Positions 11,084 to 24,400 of a stretch of 64,000 bases of DNA are shown here, in pieces. The number at the start of each line of letters is the position of its first letter. Position 1 is the stretch's first letter. The notes under the pieces were generated by a model. It had not been told where the DNA came from, made no database searches, and was given only the letters and a program-made list of their open reading frames with translations. The stretch is from the human T2T-CHM13v2.0 reference genome, Homo sapiens, in assembly GCF_009914755.1 (NCBI RefSeq), contig NC_060933.1. The stretch is one strand, 5' to 3'. The position numbers and the translations under genes were made by a program.

Positions 11084-14000
11084 CATTCTCAGAAACTTCC
11101 TTGTGATGTGTGTACTCAAGTAACAGAGTTGAACCTTCCTTTTGACAGAGCAGTTTTGAAGCACTCTTTTTGTAGAATCTGCAAGTGGATATTTTGATAC
11201 CTTTGAGGATTTCGTTGGACACGGGATATCTTCATATAAAATCTAGACAGAAGCATTCTCAGAAACTTCTTTGTGCTGTATGTCCTCAATTAACAGAGTT
11301 GAACCTTTGTGTGGATACAGCATTTTGGAAACATTCCTTTAGTAGAATCTGCAAGTTGATATTTAGATAGCTAGGAAGATTTCCTTGGAAACGGGAATAT
11401 CTTCATATAAAATCTAGACGGAAGCATTCTCAGAAAGTGCTTTGTGATGTTTGCATTCAAGTCACAGAGTTGAATATTCCCTTTTATAGAGCAGGTTTGA
11501 AACACTCTTTCTGCACTATCTGGAAGTGGACATTTGGAGCGCTTTGAGGCCTATGTTGAAAAAGGAAATATCTTCCCATAAAAACTAGACAGAAGCATTC
11601 TCAGAAACTGGTTTGTGATGTGTGTATTCAACTAACAGAGATGAACCTTTCTTTTTACAGAGCAGTTTTGAAACACTCTTTTTGTGGAATCTGAAAGTGG
11701 ATATTTGGATAGCTTTGAGGATTTCGTTGGAAACGGGATTACATATAAAACCTAGAGAGAAGCATTCTCAGGAACTGCTTTGTGATGTTTGCATTCAAGT
11801 CACAGAACTGAACATTCCCTTTCATAGAGCAGGTTTGAAACACTCTTTCTGTAGTATCTGCAAGCTGACGTTTCAAGCGCTTTCAGGCCTATGGTGAGAA
11901 AGGAAATATCTTCAAGTAAAAACTAGACAGAAGCATTCTCAGAAACTTATTTGCCATGTGTGTTCTCAACTAACAGAGTTGAACCTTTGTTTTGATACGG
12001 CATTTTGGAAACACTCTTTTTGTAGAATCTGCAGGTGGATATTCGGATAGCTTTGAAGGTTTCGTTGGAAACGGGAATATCTTCATATAAAATCTAGACG
12101 GAAGCATTCTCAGAAACTGCTTTGTGATGTTTTCATTCAAGTCACAGAGTAGAATGTTCCCTGTTATATACCAGGTTTGAGACACTCTTTCTGCACTACC
12201 TGGAAGTGGACGTTTGGAGCGCTTTGAGGCCTATGTTGAAAAAGGAAATATCTTCCCATAAAAACTAGACAGAAGCATTCTCAGAAACTTGTTTGTGATG
12301 TGTGTATTCAACTAACAGAGATGAACCTTTCTTTTTACAGAGCAGTTTTGAAACACTCTTTTTGTGGAATCTGAAAGTGGATATTTGGATAGCTTGGAGG
12401 ATTTCGTTGGAAACGGGATTACATATAAAACCTAGAGAGAAGCATTCTCAGGAACTTCTTTGTGATGTTTGCATTCAAGTCACAGAACTGAACATTCCCT
12501 TTCATAGAGCAGGTTTGAAACACTCTTTCTGTAGTATCTGCAAGCTGACGTTTCAAGCGCTTTCAGGCCTATGGTGAGAAAGGAAATATCTTCAAGTAAA
12601 AACTAGACAGAAGCATTCTCAGAAACTTATTTGCCATGTGTGTTCTCAACTAACAGAGTTGAACCTTTGTTTTGATACGGCATTTTGGAAACACTCTTTT
12701 TGTAGAATCTGCAGGTGGATATTCGGATAGCTTTGAAGGTTTCGTTGGAAACGGGAATATCTTCATATAAAATCTAGACGGAAGCATTCTGAGAAACTGC
12801 TTTGTGATGTTTTCATTCAAGTCACAGAGTAGAATGTTCCCTGTTATATACCAGGTTTGAGACACTCTTTCTGCACTACCTGGAAGTGGACATTTGCAGC
12901 GCTTTGAGGCCTATGATGAAAAAGGAAATATCTTCCCATAAAAACTAGACAGAAGCATTCTCAGAAACTTGTTTGTGATGTGTGTATTCAACTAACAGAG
13001 ATGAACCTTTCTTTTTACAGAGCAGTTTTGAAACACTCTTTTTGTGGAATCTGAAAGTGGATATTTGGATAGCTTTGAGGATTTCGTTGGAAACGGGATT
13101 ACATATAAAATCTAGGGAGAAGCATTCTCAGGAACTTCTTTGTGATGTTTGCATTCACGTCACAGAACTGAACATTCCCTTTCATAGAGCATGTTTGAAA
13201 CACTCTTTCTGTAGTATCTGCAAACGGACATTTCAAACGCTTTCAGGCCTATGGTGAGAAAGGAAATATCTTCAAATAAAAACTAGACAGTAGCATTCTC
13301 AGAAACTTATTTGCGATGTGTGTCCTCAACTAACAGAGTTGAACCTTTCTTTTGATACAACATTTTGGAAACACTCTTTTTGTAGAATCTGCAAGTGGAT
13401 ATTTGAATAGCTTTGAAGGTTTCGTTGGAAACGGGAATATCTTCATATAAAATCAAGACAGAAGCATTCTCAGAAACTTCTCTGTGATGTTTGCATTCAA
13501 CTCATAGAGTTGAACACTTCCCTTCATACAGCAGGTTTGAAACACTCTTTTTCTAATATTTGGAAGTGGACATTTGCAGCGCTTTGAGGCCTATGATGAA
13601 AAAGGTAATATCTTCCCATAAAAACTAGACAGAAGCATTCTCAGAAACTTGTTTGAGATGTGTGTATTCAACTAACAGAGATGAACCTTTCTTTTTACAG
13701 AGCAGTTTTGAAACACTCTTTTTGTGGAATCTGAAAGTGGATATTTGGATAGCTTTGCGGATTTCGTTGGAAACGGGATTACATATAAAATCTAGGGAGA
13801 AGCATTCTCAGGAACTTCTTTGTGATGTTTGCATTCAAGTCACAGAACTGAACATTCCCTTTCATAGATCAGGTTTGAAACACTCTTTCTGTAGTATCTG
13901 CAAGCGGACGTTTTAAGCGCTTTCAGGCCTGTGGTGAGAAAGGAAATATCTTCAAATAAAAACTAGACAGAAGCATTCTCAGAAACTTATTTGCGATGTG

Positions 14001-17000
14001 TGTCCTCAACTAACAGAGTTGAACCTTTCTTTTGATACAACATTTTGGAAACACTCTTTTTGTAGAATCTGCAAGTGGATATTTGGATAGCTTTGAAGGT
14101 TTCGTTGGAAACGGGAATATCTTCATATGAAATCAAGACAGAAGCATTCTCAGAAACTTCTCTGTGATGTTTGCATTCAACTCATAGAGTTGAACACTTC
14201 CCTTCATACAGCAGGTTTGAAACACTCTTTTTCTAATATTTGGAAGTGGACATTTGCAGCGCTATGAGGCCTATGTTGAAAAAGGAAATATCTTCTCCTA
14301 AAAACCAGACAGAAGCATTCTCAGAAACTTCCTTGTGATGTGTGTACTCAAGTAACAGAGTTGAACCTTCCTTTTGACAGAGCAGTTTTGAAGCACTCTT
14401 TTTGTAGAATCTGCAAGTGGATATTTTGATACCTTTGAGGATTTCGTTGGACACGGGATATCTTCATATAAAATCTAGACAGAAGCATTCTCAGAAACTT
14501 CTTTGTGCTGTATGTCCTCAATTAACAGAGTTGAACCATTGTGTGGATACAGCATTTTGGAAACATTCCTTTAGTAGAATCTGCAAGTTGATATTTAGAT
14601 AGCTAGGAAGATTTCCTTGGAAACGGGAATATCTTCATATAAAATCTAGACGGAAGCATTCTCAGAAAGTGCTTTGTGATGTTTGCATTCAAGTCACAGA
14701 GTTGAATATTCCCTTTTATAGAGTAGGTTTGAAACACTCTTTCTGCACTACCTGGAAGTGGACATTTGGAGCGCTTTGAGGCCTATGTTGAAAAAGGAAA
14801 TATCTTCCCATAAAAACTAGACAGAAGCATTCTCAGAAACTTGTTTGTGATGTGTGTATTCAACTAACAGAGATGAACCTTTCTTTTTACAGAGCAGTTT
14901 TGAAACACTCTTTTTGTGGAATCTGAAAGTGGATATTTGGATAGCTTTGAGGATTTCGTTGGAAACGGGATTACATATAAAACCTAGAGAGAAGCATTCT
15001 CAGGAACTTCTTTGTGATGTTTGCCTTCAAGTCACAGGACTGAACATTCCCTTTCATAGAGCAGGTTTGAAAAACTCTTTCTGTAGTATCTGCAAGCTGA
15101 CGTTTCATGCGCTTTCAGGCCTATGGTGAGAAAGGAAATATCTTGAAGTAAAAACTAGACAGAAGCATTGTCAGAAACTTATTTGCCATGTGTGTTCTCA
15201 ACTAACAGAGTTGAACCTTTGTTTTGATACGGCATTTTGGAAACACTCTTTTTGTAGAATCTGCAGGTGGATATTCGGATAGCTTTGAAGGTTTCGTTGG
15301 AAACGGGAATATCTTCATATAAAATCTAGACGGAAGCATTCTCAGAAACTGCTTTGTGATGTTTTCATTCAAGTCACAGTGTAGAAAGTTCCCTGTTATA
15401 TACCAGGTTTGAGACACTCTTTCTGCACTACCTGGAAGTGGACGTTTGGAGCGCTTTGAGGCCTATTTTGAAAAAGGAAATATCTTCCCATAAAAACTAG
15501 ACAGAAGCATTCTCAGAAACTTGTTTGTGATGTGTGTATTCAACTAACAGAGATGAACCTTTCTTTTTACAGAGTAGTTTTGAAACACTCTTTTTGTGGA
15601 ATCTGAAAGTGGATATTTGGATAGCTTTGAGGATTTCGTTGGAAACGGGATTACATATAAAACCTAGAGAGAAGCATTCTCAGGAACTTCTTTGTGATGT
15701 TTGCATTCAAGTCACAGAACTGAACATTCCCTTTCATAGAGCAGGTTTGAAACACTCTTTCTGTAGTATCTGCAAGCTGACGTTTCAAGCGCTTTCAGGC
15801 CTATGGTGAGAAAGGAAATATCTTCAAGTAAAAACTAGACAGAAGCATTCTCAGAAACTTATTTGCCATGTGTGTTCTCAACTAACATAGTTGAACCTTT
15901 GTTTTGATACGGGATTTTGGAAACACTCTTTTTGTAGAATCTGCAGGTGGATATTCGGATAGCTTTGAAGGTTTCGTTGGAAACGGGAATATCTTCATAT
16001 AAAATCTAGACGGAAGCATTCTCAGAAACTGCTTTGTGATGTTTTCATTCAAGTCACAGAGTAGAATGTTCCCTGTTATATACCAGGTTTGAGACACTCT
16101 TTCTGCACTACCTGGAAGTGGACATTTGGAGCGCTTTGAGGCCTATGATGAAAAAGGAAATATCTTCCCATAAAAACTAGACAGAAGCATTCTCAGAAAC
16201 TTGTTTGTGATGTGTGTATTCAACTAACAGAGATGAACCTTTCTTTTTACAGAGCAGTTTTGAAACACTCTTTTTGTGGAATCTGAAAGTGGATATTTGG
16301 ATAGCTTTGAGGATTTCGTTGGAAACGGGATTACATATAAAATCTAGAGAGAAGCATTCTCAGGAACTTCTTTGTGATGTTTGCATTCACGTCACAGAAC
16401 TGAACATTCCCTTTCATAGAGCATGTTTGAAACACTCTTTCTGTAGTATCTGCAAACGGACATTTCAAACGCTTTCAGGCCTATGGTGAGAAAGGAAATA
16501 TCTTCAAATAAAAACTAGACAGAAGCATTCTCAGCAACTTATTTGCGATGTGTGTCCTCAACTAACAGAGTTGAACCTTTCTTTTGATACAACATTTTGG
16601 AAACACTCTTTTTGTAGAATCTGCAAGTGGATATTGGGATAGCTTTGAAGGTTTCGTTGGAAACGGGAATATCTTCATATAAAATCAAGACAGAAGCATT
16701 CTCAGAAACTTCTCTGTGATGTTTGCATTCAACTCATAGAGTTGAACACTTCCCTTCATACAGCAGGTTTGAAACACTCTTTTTGTAATATTTGGAAGTG
16801 GACATTTGCAGCGCTTTGAGGCCTATGATGAAAAAGGTAATATCTTCCCATAAAAACTAGACAGAAGCATTCTCAGAAACTTGTTTGTGATGTGTGTATT
16901 CAACTAACAGAGATGAACCTTTCTTTTTACAGAGCAGTTTTGAAACACTCTTTTTGTGGAATCTGAAAGTGGATATTTGGATAGCTTTGCGGATTTCTTT

Positions 17001-17547
17001 GGAAACGGGATTACATATAAAATCTAGAGAGAAGCATTCTCAAGATCTTCTTTGTGATGTTTGCATTCAAGTCACAGAACTGAACATTCCCTTTCATAGA
17101 GCAGGTTTGAAACACTCTTTCTGTAGTATCTGCAAGCGGACGTTTTAAGCGCTTTCAGGCCTGTGGTGAGAAAGGAAATATCTTCAAATAAAAACTAGAC
17201 AGAAGCATTCTCAGAAACTTATTTGCGATGTGTGTCCTCAACTAACAGAGTTGAACCTTTCTTTTGATACAACATTTTGGAAACACTCTTTTTGTAGAAT
17301 CTGCAAGTGGATATTTGGATAACTTTGAAGGTTTCGTTGGAAACGGGAATATCTTCATATGAAATCAAGACAGAAGCATTCTCAGAAACTTCTCTGTGAT
17401 GTTTGCATTCAACTCATAGAGTTGAACACTTCCCTTCATACAGCAGGTTTGAAACACTCTTTTTCTAATATTTGGAAGTGGACATTTGCAGCGCTTTGAG
17501 GCCTATGTTGAAAAAGGAAATATCTTCTCCTAAAAACCAGACAGAAG
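11084..17547 (+). repeat. Two 19-mer HORs (XYZ-a-a-b-b), 3232 bp each (11084-14315, 14316-17547)
   Basis: X markers 11185, 14417, 17649. Confidence 0.9.
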
Positions 17548-20099
17548 CATTCTCAGAAACTTCCTTGTGATGTGTGTACTCAAGTAACAGAGTTGAACCT
17601 TCCTTTTGACAGAGCAGTTTTGAAGCACTCTTTTTGTAGAATCTGCAAGTGGATATTTTGATACCTTTGAGGATTTCGTTGGACACGGGATATCTTCATA
17701 TAAAATCTAGACAGAAGCATTCTCAGAAACTTCTTTGTGCTGTATGTCCTCAATTAACAGAGTTGAACCTTTGTGTGGATACAGCATTTTGGAAACATTC
17801 CTTTAGTAGAATCTGCAAGTTGATATTTAGATAGCTAGGAAGATTTCCTTGGAAACGGGAATATCTTCATATAAAATCTAGACGGAAGCATTCTCAGAAA
17901 GTGCTTTGTGATGTTTGCATTCAAGTCACAGAGTTGAATATTCCCTTTTATAGAGTAGGTTTGAAACACTCTTTCTGCACTACCTGGAAGTGGACATTTG
18001 GAGCGCTTTGAGGCCTATGTTGAAAAAGGAAATATCTTCCCATAAAAACTAGACAGAAGCATTCTCAGAAACTTGTTTGTGATGTGTGTATTCAACTAAC
18101 AGAGATGAACCTTTCTTTTTACAGAGCAGTTTTGAAACACTCTTTTTGTGGAATCTGAAAGTGGATATTTGGATAGCTTTGAGGATTTCGTTGGAAACGG
18201 GATTACATATAAAACCTAGAGAGAAGCATTCTCAGGAACTTCTTTGTGATGTTTGCCTTCAAGTCACAGGACTGAACATTCCCTTTCATAGAGCAGGTTT
18301 GAAACAGTCTTTCTGTAGTATCTGCAAGCTGACGTTTCATGCGCTTTCAGGCCTATGGTGAGAAAGGAAATATCTTCAAGTAAAAACTAGACAGAAGCAT
18401 TGTCAGAAACTTATTTGCCATGTGTGTTCTCAACTAACAGAGTTGAACCTTTGTTTTGATACGGCATTTTGGAAACACTCTTTTTGTAGAATCTGCAGGT
18501 GGATATTCGGATAGCTTTGAAGGTTTCGTTGGAAACGGGAATATCTTCATATAAAATCTAGACGGAAGCATTCTCAGAAACTGCTTTGTGATGTTTTCAT
18601 TCAAGTCAGAGAGTAGAATATTCCCTGTTATATACCAGGTTTGAGACACTCTTTCTGCACTACCTGGAAGTGGACATTTGGAGCGCTTTGAGGCCTATGA
18701 TGAAAAAGGAAATATCTTCCCATAAAAACTAGACAGAAGCATTCTCAGAAACTTGTTTGTGATGTGTGTATTCAACTAACAGAGATGAACCTTTCTTTTT
18801 ACAGAGCAGTTTTGAAACACTCTTTTTGTGGAATCTGAAAGTGGATATTTGGATAGCTTTGAGGATTTCGTTGGAAACGGGATTACATATAAAATCTAGA
18901 GAGAAGCATTCTCAGGAACTTCTTTGTGATGTTTGCATTCACGTCACAGAACTGAACATTCCCTTTCATAGAGCATGTTTGAAACACTCTTTCTGTAGTA
19001 TCTGCAAACGGACATTTCAAACGCTTTCAGGCCTATGGTGAGAAAGGAAATATCTTCAAATAAAAACTAGACAGAAGCATTCTCAGAAACTTATTTGCGA
19101 TGTGTGTCATCAACTAACAGAGTTGAACCTTTCTTTTGATACAACATTTTGGAAACACTCTTTTTGTAGAATCTGCAAGTGGATATTTGAATAGCTTTGA
19201 AGGTTTCGTTGGAAACGGGAATATCTTCATATAAAATCAAGACAGAAGCATTCTCAGAAACTTCTCTGTGATGTTTGCATTCAACTCATAGAGTTGAACA
19301 CTTCCCTTCATACAGCAGGTTTGAAACACTCTTTTTGTAATATTTGGAAGTGGACATTTGCAGCGCTTTGAGGCCTATGATGAAAAAGGTAATATCTTCC
19401 CATAAAAACTAGACAGAAGCATTCTCAGAAACTGGTTTGAGATGTGTGTATTCAACTAATAGAGATGAACCTTTCTTTTTACAGAGCAGTTTTGAAACAC
19501 TCTTTTTGTGGAATCTGAAAGTGGATATTTGGATAGCTTTGCGGATTTCGTTGGAAACGGGATTACATATAAAATCTAGGGAGAAGCATTCTCAGGAACT
19601 TCTTTGTGATGTTTGCATTCAAGTCACAGAACTGAACATTCCCTTTCATAGATCAGGTTTGAAACACTCTTTCTGTAGTATCTGCAAGCGGACGTTTTAA
19701 GCGCTTTCAGGCCTGTGGTGAGAAAGGAAATATCTTCAAATAAAAACTAGACAGAAGCATTCTCAGAAACTTATTTGCGATGTGTGTCCTCAACTAACAG
19801 AGTTGAACCTTTCTTTTGATACAACATTTTGGAAACACTCTTTTTGTAGAATCTGCAAGTGGATATTTGGATAGCTTTGAAGGTTTCGTTGGAAACGGGA
19901 ATATCTTCATATGAAATCAAGACAGAAGCATTCTCAGAAACTTCTCTGCGATGTTTGCATTCAACTCATAGAGTTGAACACTTCCCTTCATACAGCAGGT
20001 TTGAAACACTCTTTTTCTAATATTTGGAAGTGGACATTTGCAGCGCTTTGAGGCCTATGTTGAAAAAGGAAATATCTTCTCCTAAAAACCAGACAGAAG
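17548..20099 (+). repeat. 15-mer HOR (XYZ-a-b-b), 2552 bp
   Basis: X markers 17649 to 20201. Confidence 0.9.
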
Positions 20100-21459
20100 C
20101 ATTCTCAGAAACTTCCTTGTGATGTGTGTACTCAAGTAACAGAGTTGAACCTTCCTTTTGACAGAGCAGTTTTGAAGCACTCTTTTTGTAGAATCTGCAA
20201 GTGGATATTTTGATACCTCTGAGGATTTCGTTGGAAACGGGATTACATATAAAACCTAGAGAGAAGCATTCTCAGGAACTTCTTTGTGATGTTGGCCTTC
20301 AAGTCACAGGACTGAACATTCCCTTTCATAGAGCAGGTTTGAAACACTCTTTCTGTAGTATCTGCAAGCTGACGTTTCAAGCGCTTTCAGGCCTATGGTG
20401 AGAAAGGAAATATCTTCAAGTAAAAACTAGACAGAAGCATTCTCAGAAACTTATTTGCCATGTGTGTTCTCAACTAACAGAGTTGAACCTTTGTTTTGAT
20501 ACGGCATTTTGGAAACACTCTTTTTGTAGAATCTGCAGGTGGATATTCGGATAGCTTTGAAGGTTTCGTTGGAAACGGGAATATCTTCATATAAAATCTA
20601 GACGGAAGCATTCTCAGAAACTGCTTTGTGATGTTTTCATTCAAGTCACAGAGTAGAATGTTCCCTGTTATATACCAGGTTTGAGACACTCTTTCTGCAC
20701 TACCTGGAAGTGGACGTTTGGAGCGCTTTGAGGCCTATGTTGAAAAAGGAAATATCTTCCCATAAAAACTAGACAGAAGCATTCTCAGAAACTTGTTTGT
20801 GATGTGTGTATTCAACTAACAGAGATGAACCTTTCTTTTTACAGAGCAGTTTTGAAACACTCTTTTTCTGGAATCTGAAAGTGGATATTTGGATAGCTTT
20901 GAGGATTTCGTTGGAAACGGGATTACATATAAAATCTAGAGAGAAGCATTCTCAGGAACTTCTTTGTGATGTTTGCATTCAAGTCACAGAACTGAACATT
21001 CCCTTTCATAGAGCAGGTTTGAAACACTCTTTCTGTAGTATCTGCAAGTGGACGTTTCAAGCGCTTTCAGGCCTGTGGTGAAAAAGGAAATATCTTCAAA
21101 TAAAAACTAGACAGAAGCATTCTCAGAAACTTATTTGCGATGTGTGTTCTCAGCTAACAGAGTTGAACCTTTGTTTTGATACAGCATTTTGGAAACACTC
21201 TTTTTGTAGGATCTGCAGGTGGATATTTGGATAGCTTTGAAGGTTTCTTTGGAAACGGGAATATCTTCATATAAAATCAAGACAGAAGCATTCTCAGAAA
21301 CTTCTCTGTGATGTTTGCATTCAACTCATAGAGTTGAACACTTCCTTTCATAGAGCTGGTTTGAAATTCTCTTTTTGTAATATTTGGAAGTGGACATTGG
21401 CAGCGCTTTGAAGCCTATGGTGAAAAAGGAGATATCTTCTCCTAAAAACCAGACAGAAG
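20100..21459 (+). repeat. 8-mer variant starting with X/P hybrid monomer, 1360 bp
   Basis: The X 5' part joins the P 3' end (TGATACCTCTGAGGATTTCGTTGGAAACGGGATTACAT). Y and Z are absent. Confidence 0.9.
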
Positions 21460-24400
21460 CATTCTCAGAATCTTTCTTGTGATGTGTGTACTCAAGTAAC
21501 AGAGGTGTACCTTCATTTTGACAGAGCAGTTGTGAAGCACTCTTTTTGTAGAATCTGCAAGTGGATATTTTGATACCTTTGAGGATTTCGTTAGACACGG
21601 GATATCTTCATATAAAATCTAGACAGAAGCATTCTCAGAAACTTCTTTGTGCTGTATGTCCTCAATTAACTGAGTTGAACCTTTGTGTGGATACAGCATT
21701 TTGGAAACATTCCTTTAGTAGAATCTGCAAGTTGATATTTAGATAGCTAGGAAGATTTCCTTGGAAACGGGAATATCTTCATATAAAATCTAGACGGAAG
21801 CATTCTCAGAAAGTGCTTTGTGATGTTTGCATTCAAGTCACAGAGTTGAATATTCCCTTTTATAGAGCAGGTTTGAAACACTCTTTCTGCACTACCTGGA
21901 AGTGGACATTTGGAGCGCTTTGAGGCCTATGTTGAAAAAGGAAATATCTTCCCATAAAAACTAGACAGAAGCATTCTCAGAAACTTGTTTGTGATGTGTG
22001 TATTCAACTAACAGAGATGAACCTTTCTTTTTACAGAGCAGTTTTGAAACACTCTTTTTGTGGAATCTGAAAGTGGATATTTCCATAGCTTTGAGGATTT
22101 CGTTGGAAACGGGATTACATATAAAACCTAGAGAGAAGCATTCTCAGGAACTTCTTTGTGATGTTTGCATTCAAGTCACAGAACTGAACATTCCCTTTCA
22201 TAGAGCAGGTTTGAAACACTCTTTCTGTAGTATCTGCAAGCTGACGTTTCAAGCGCTTTCAGGCCTATGGTGAGAAAGGAAATATCTTCAAGTAAAAACC
22301 AGACAGAAACATTCTCAGAAACTTATTTGCGATGTGTGTTCTCAACTAACAGAGTTGAACCTTTGTTTTGATACGGCATTTTGGAAACACTCTTTTTGTA
22401 GAATCTGCAGGTGGATATTCGGATAGCTTTGAAGGTTTCTTTGGAAACGGGAATATCTTCATATAAAATCTAGACGGAAGCATTCTCAGAAACTGCTTTG
22501 TGATGTTTTCATTCAAGTCACAGAGTAGAATGTTCCCTGTTATATACCAGGTTTGAGACACTCTTTCTGCACTACCTGGAAGTGGACATTTGGAGCGCTT
22601 TGAGGCCTATGATGAAAAAGGAAATCTCTTCCCATAAAAACTAGACAGAAGCATTCTCAGAAACTTGTTTGTGATGTGTGTATTCAACTAACAGAGATGA
22701 ACCTTTCTTTTTACAGAGCAGTTTTGAAACACTCTTTTTGTGGAATCTGAAAGTGGATATTTGGATAGCTTTGAGGATTTCGTTGGAAACGGGATTACAT
22801 ATAAAATCTAGAGAGAAGCATTCTCAGGAACTTCTTTGTGATGTTTGCATTCACGTCACAGAACTGAACATTCCCTTTCATAGAGCATGTTTGAAACACT
22901 CTTTCTGTAGTATCTGCAAACGGACATTTCAAACGCTTTCAGGCCTATGGTGAGAAAGGAAATATCTTCAAATAAAAACTAGACAGAAGCATACTCAGAA
23001 ACTTATTTGCGATGTGTGTCCTCAACTAACAGAGTTGAACCTTTCTTTTGATACAACATTTTGGAAACACTCTTTTTGTAGAATCTGCAAGTGGATATTT
23101 GGATAGCTTTGAAGGTTTCTTTGGAAACGGGAATATCTTCATATAAAATCAAGACAGAAGCATTCTCAGAAACTTCTCTGTGATGTTTGCATTCAACTCA
23201 TAGAGTTGAACACTTCCCTTCATACAGCAGGTTTGAAACACTCTTTTTGTAATATTTGGAAGTGGACATTTGCAGCGCTTTGAGGCCTATGATGAAAAAG
23301 GTAATATCTTCCCATAAAAACTAGACAGAAGCATTCTCAGAAACTTGTTTGTGATGTGTGTATTCAAGTAACAGAGATGAACCTTTCTTTTTACAGAGCA
23401 GTTTTGAAACACTCTTTTTGTGGAATCTGAAAGTGGATATTTGGATAGCTTTGCGGATTTCGTTGGAAACGGGATTACATATAAAATCTAGGGAGAAGCA
23501 TTCTCAGGAACTTCTTTGTGATGTTTGCATTCAAGTCACAGAACTGAACATTACCTTTCATAGAGCAGGTTTGAAACACTCTTTCTGTAGTATCTGCAAG
23601 CGGACGTTTTAAGCGCTTTCAGGCCTGTGGTGAGAAAGGAAATATCTTCAAATAAAAACTAGACAGAAGCATTCTCAGAAACTTATTTGCGATGTGTGTC
23701 CTCAACTAACAGAGTTGAACCTTTCTTTTGATACAACATTTTGGAAACACTCTTTTTGTAGAATCTGCAAGTGGATATTTGGATAGCTTTGAAGGTTTCG
23801 TTGGAAACGGGAATATTTTCATATAAAATCAAGACAGCAGCATTCTCAGAAACTTCTCTGTGATGTTTGCATTCAACTCATAGAGTTGAACACTTCCCTT
23901 CATACAGCAGGTTTGAAACACTCTTTTTCTAATATTTGGAAGTGGACATTTGCAGCGCTTTGAGGCCTATGTTGAAAAAGGAAATATCTTCTCCTAAAAA
24001 CCAGACAGAAGCATTCTCAGAAACTTCCTTGTGATGTGTGTACTCAAGTAACAGAGTTGAACCTTCCTTTTGACAGAGCAGTTTTGAAGCACTCTTTTTG
24101 TAGAATCTGCAAGTGGATATTTTGATACCTTTGAGGATTTCGTTGGACACGGGATATCTTCATATAAAATCTAGACAGAAGCATTCTCAGAAACTTCTTT
24201 GTGCTGTATGTCCTCAATTAACAGAGTTGAACCTTTGTGTGGATACAGCATTTTGGAAACATTCCTTTAGTAGAATCTGCAAGTTGATATTTAGATAGCT
24301 AGGAAGATTTCCTTGGAAAAGGGAATATCTTCATATAAAATCTAGACGGAAGCATTCTCAGAAAGTGCTTTGTGATGTTTGCATTCAAGTCACAGAGTTG

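Noticed and set aside
11084-17547. Assigning the array to chromosome 4 (D4Z1) because of 3232-bp 19-mers
   Set aside because: 19-mers are only 3 of 29 units and consist of near-identical repeated tetramers rather than 19 distinct monomers. Not excluded, but not supported without alignment.
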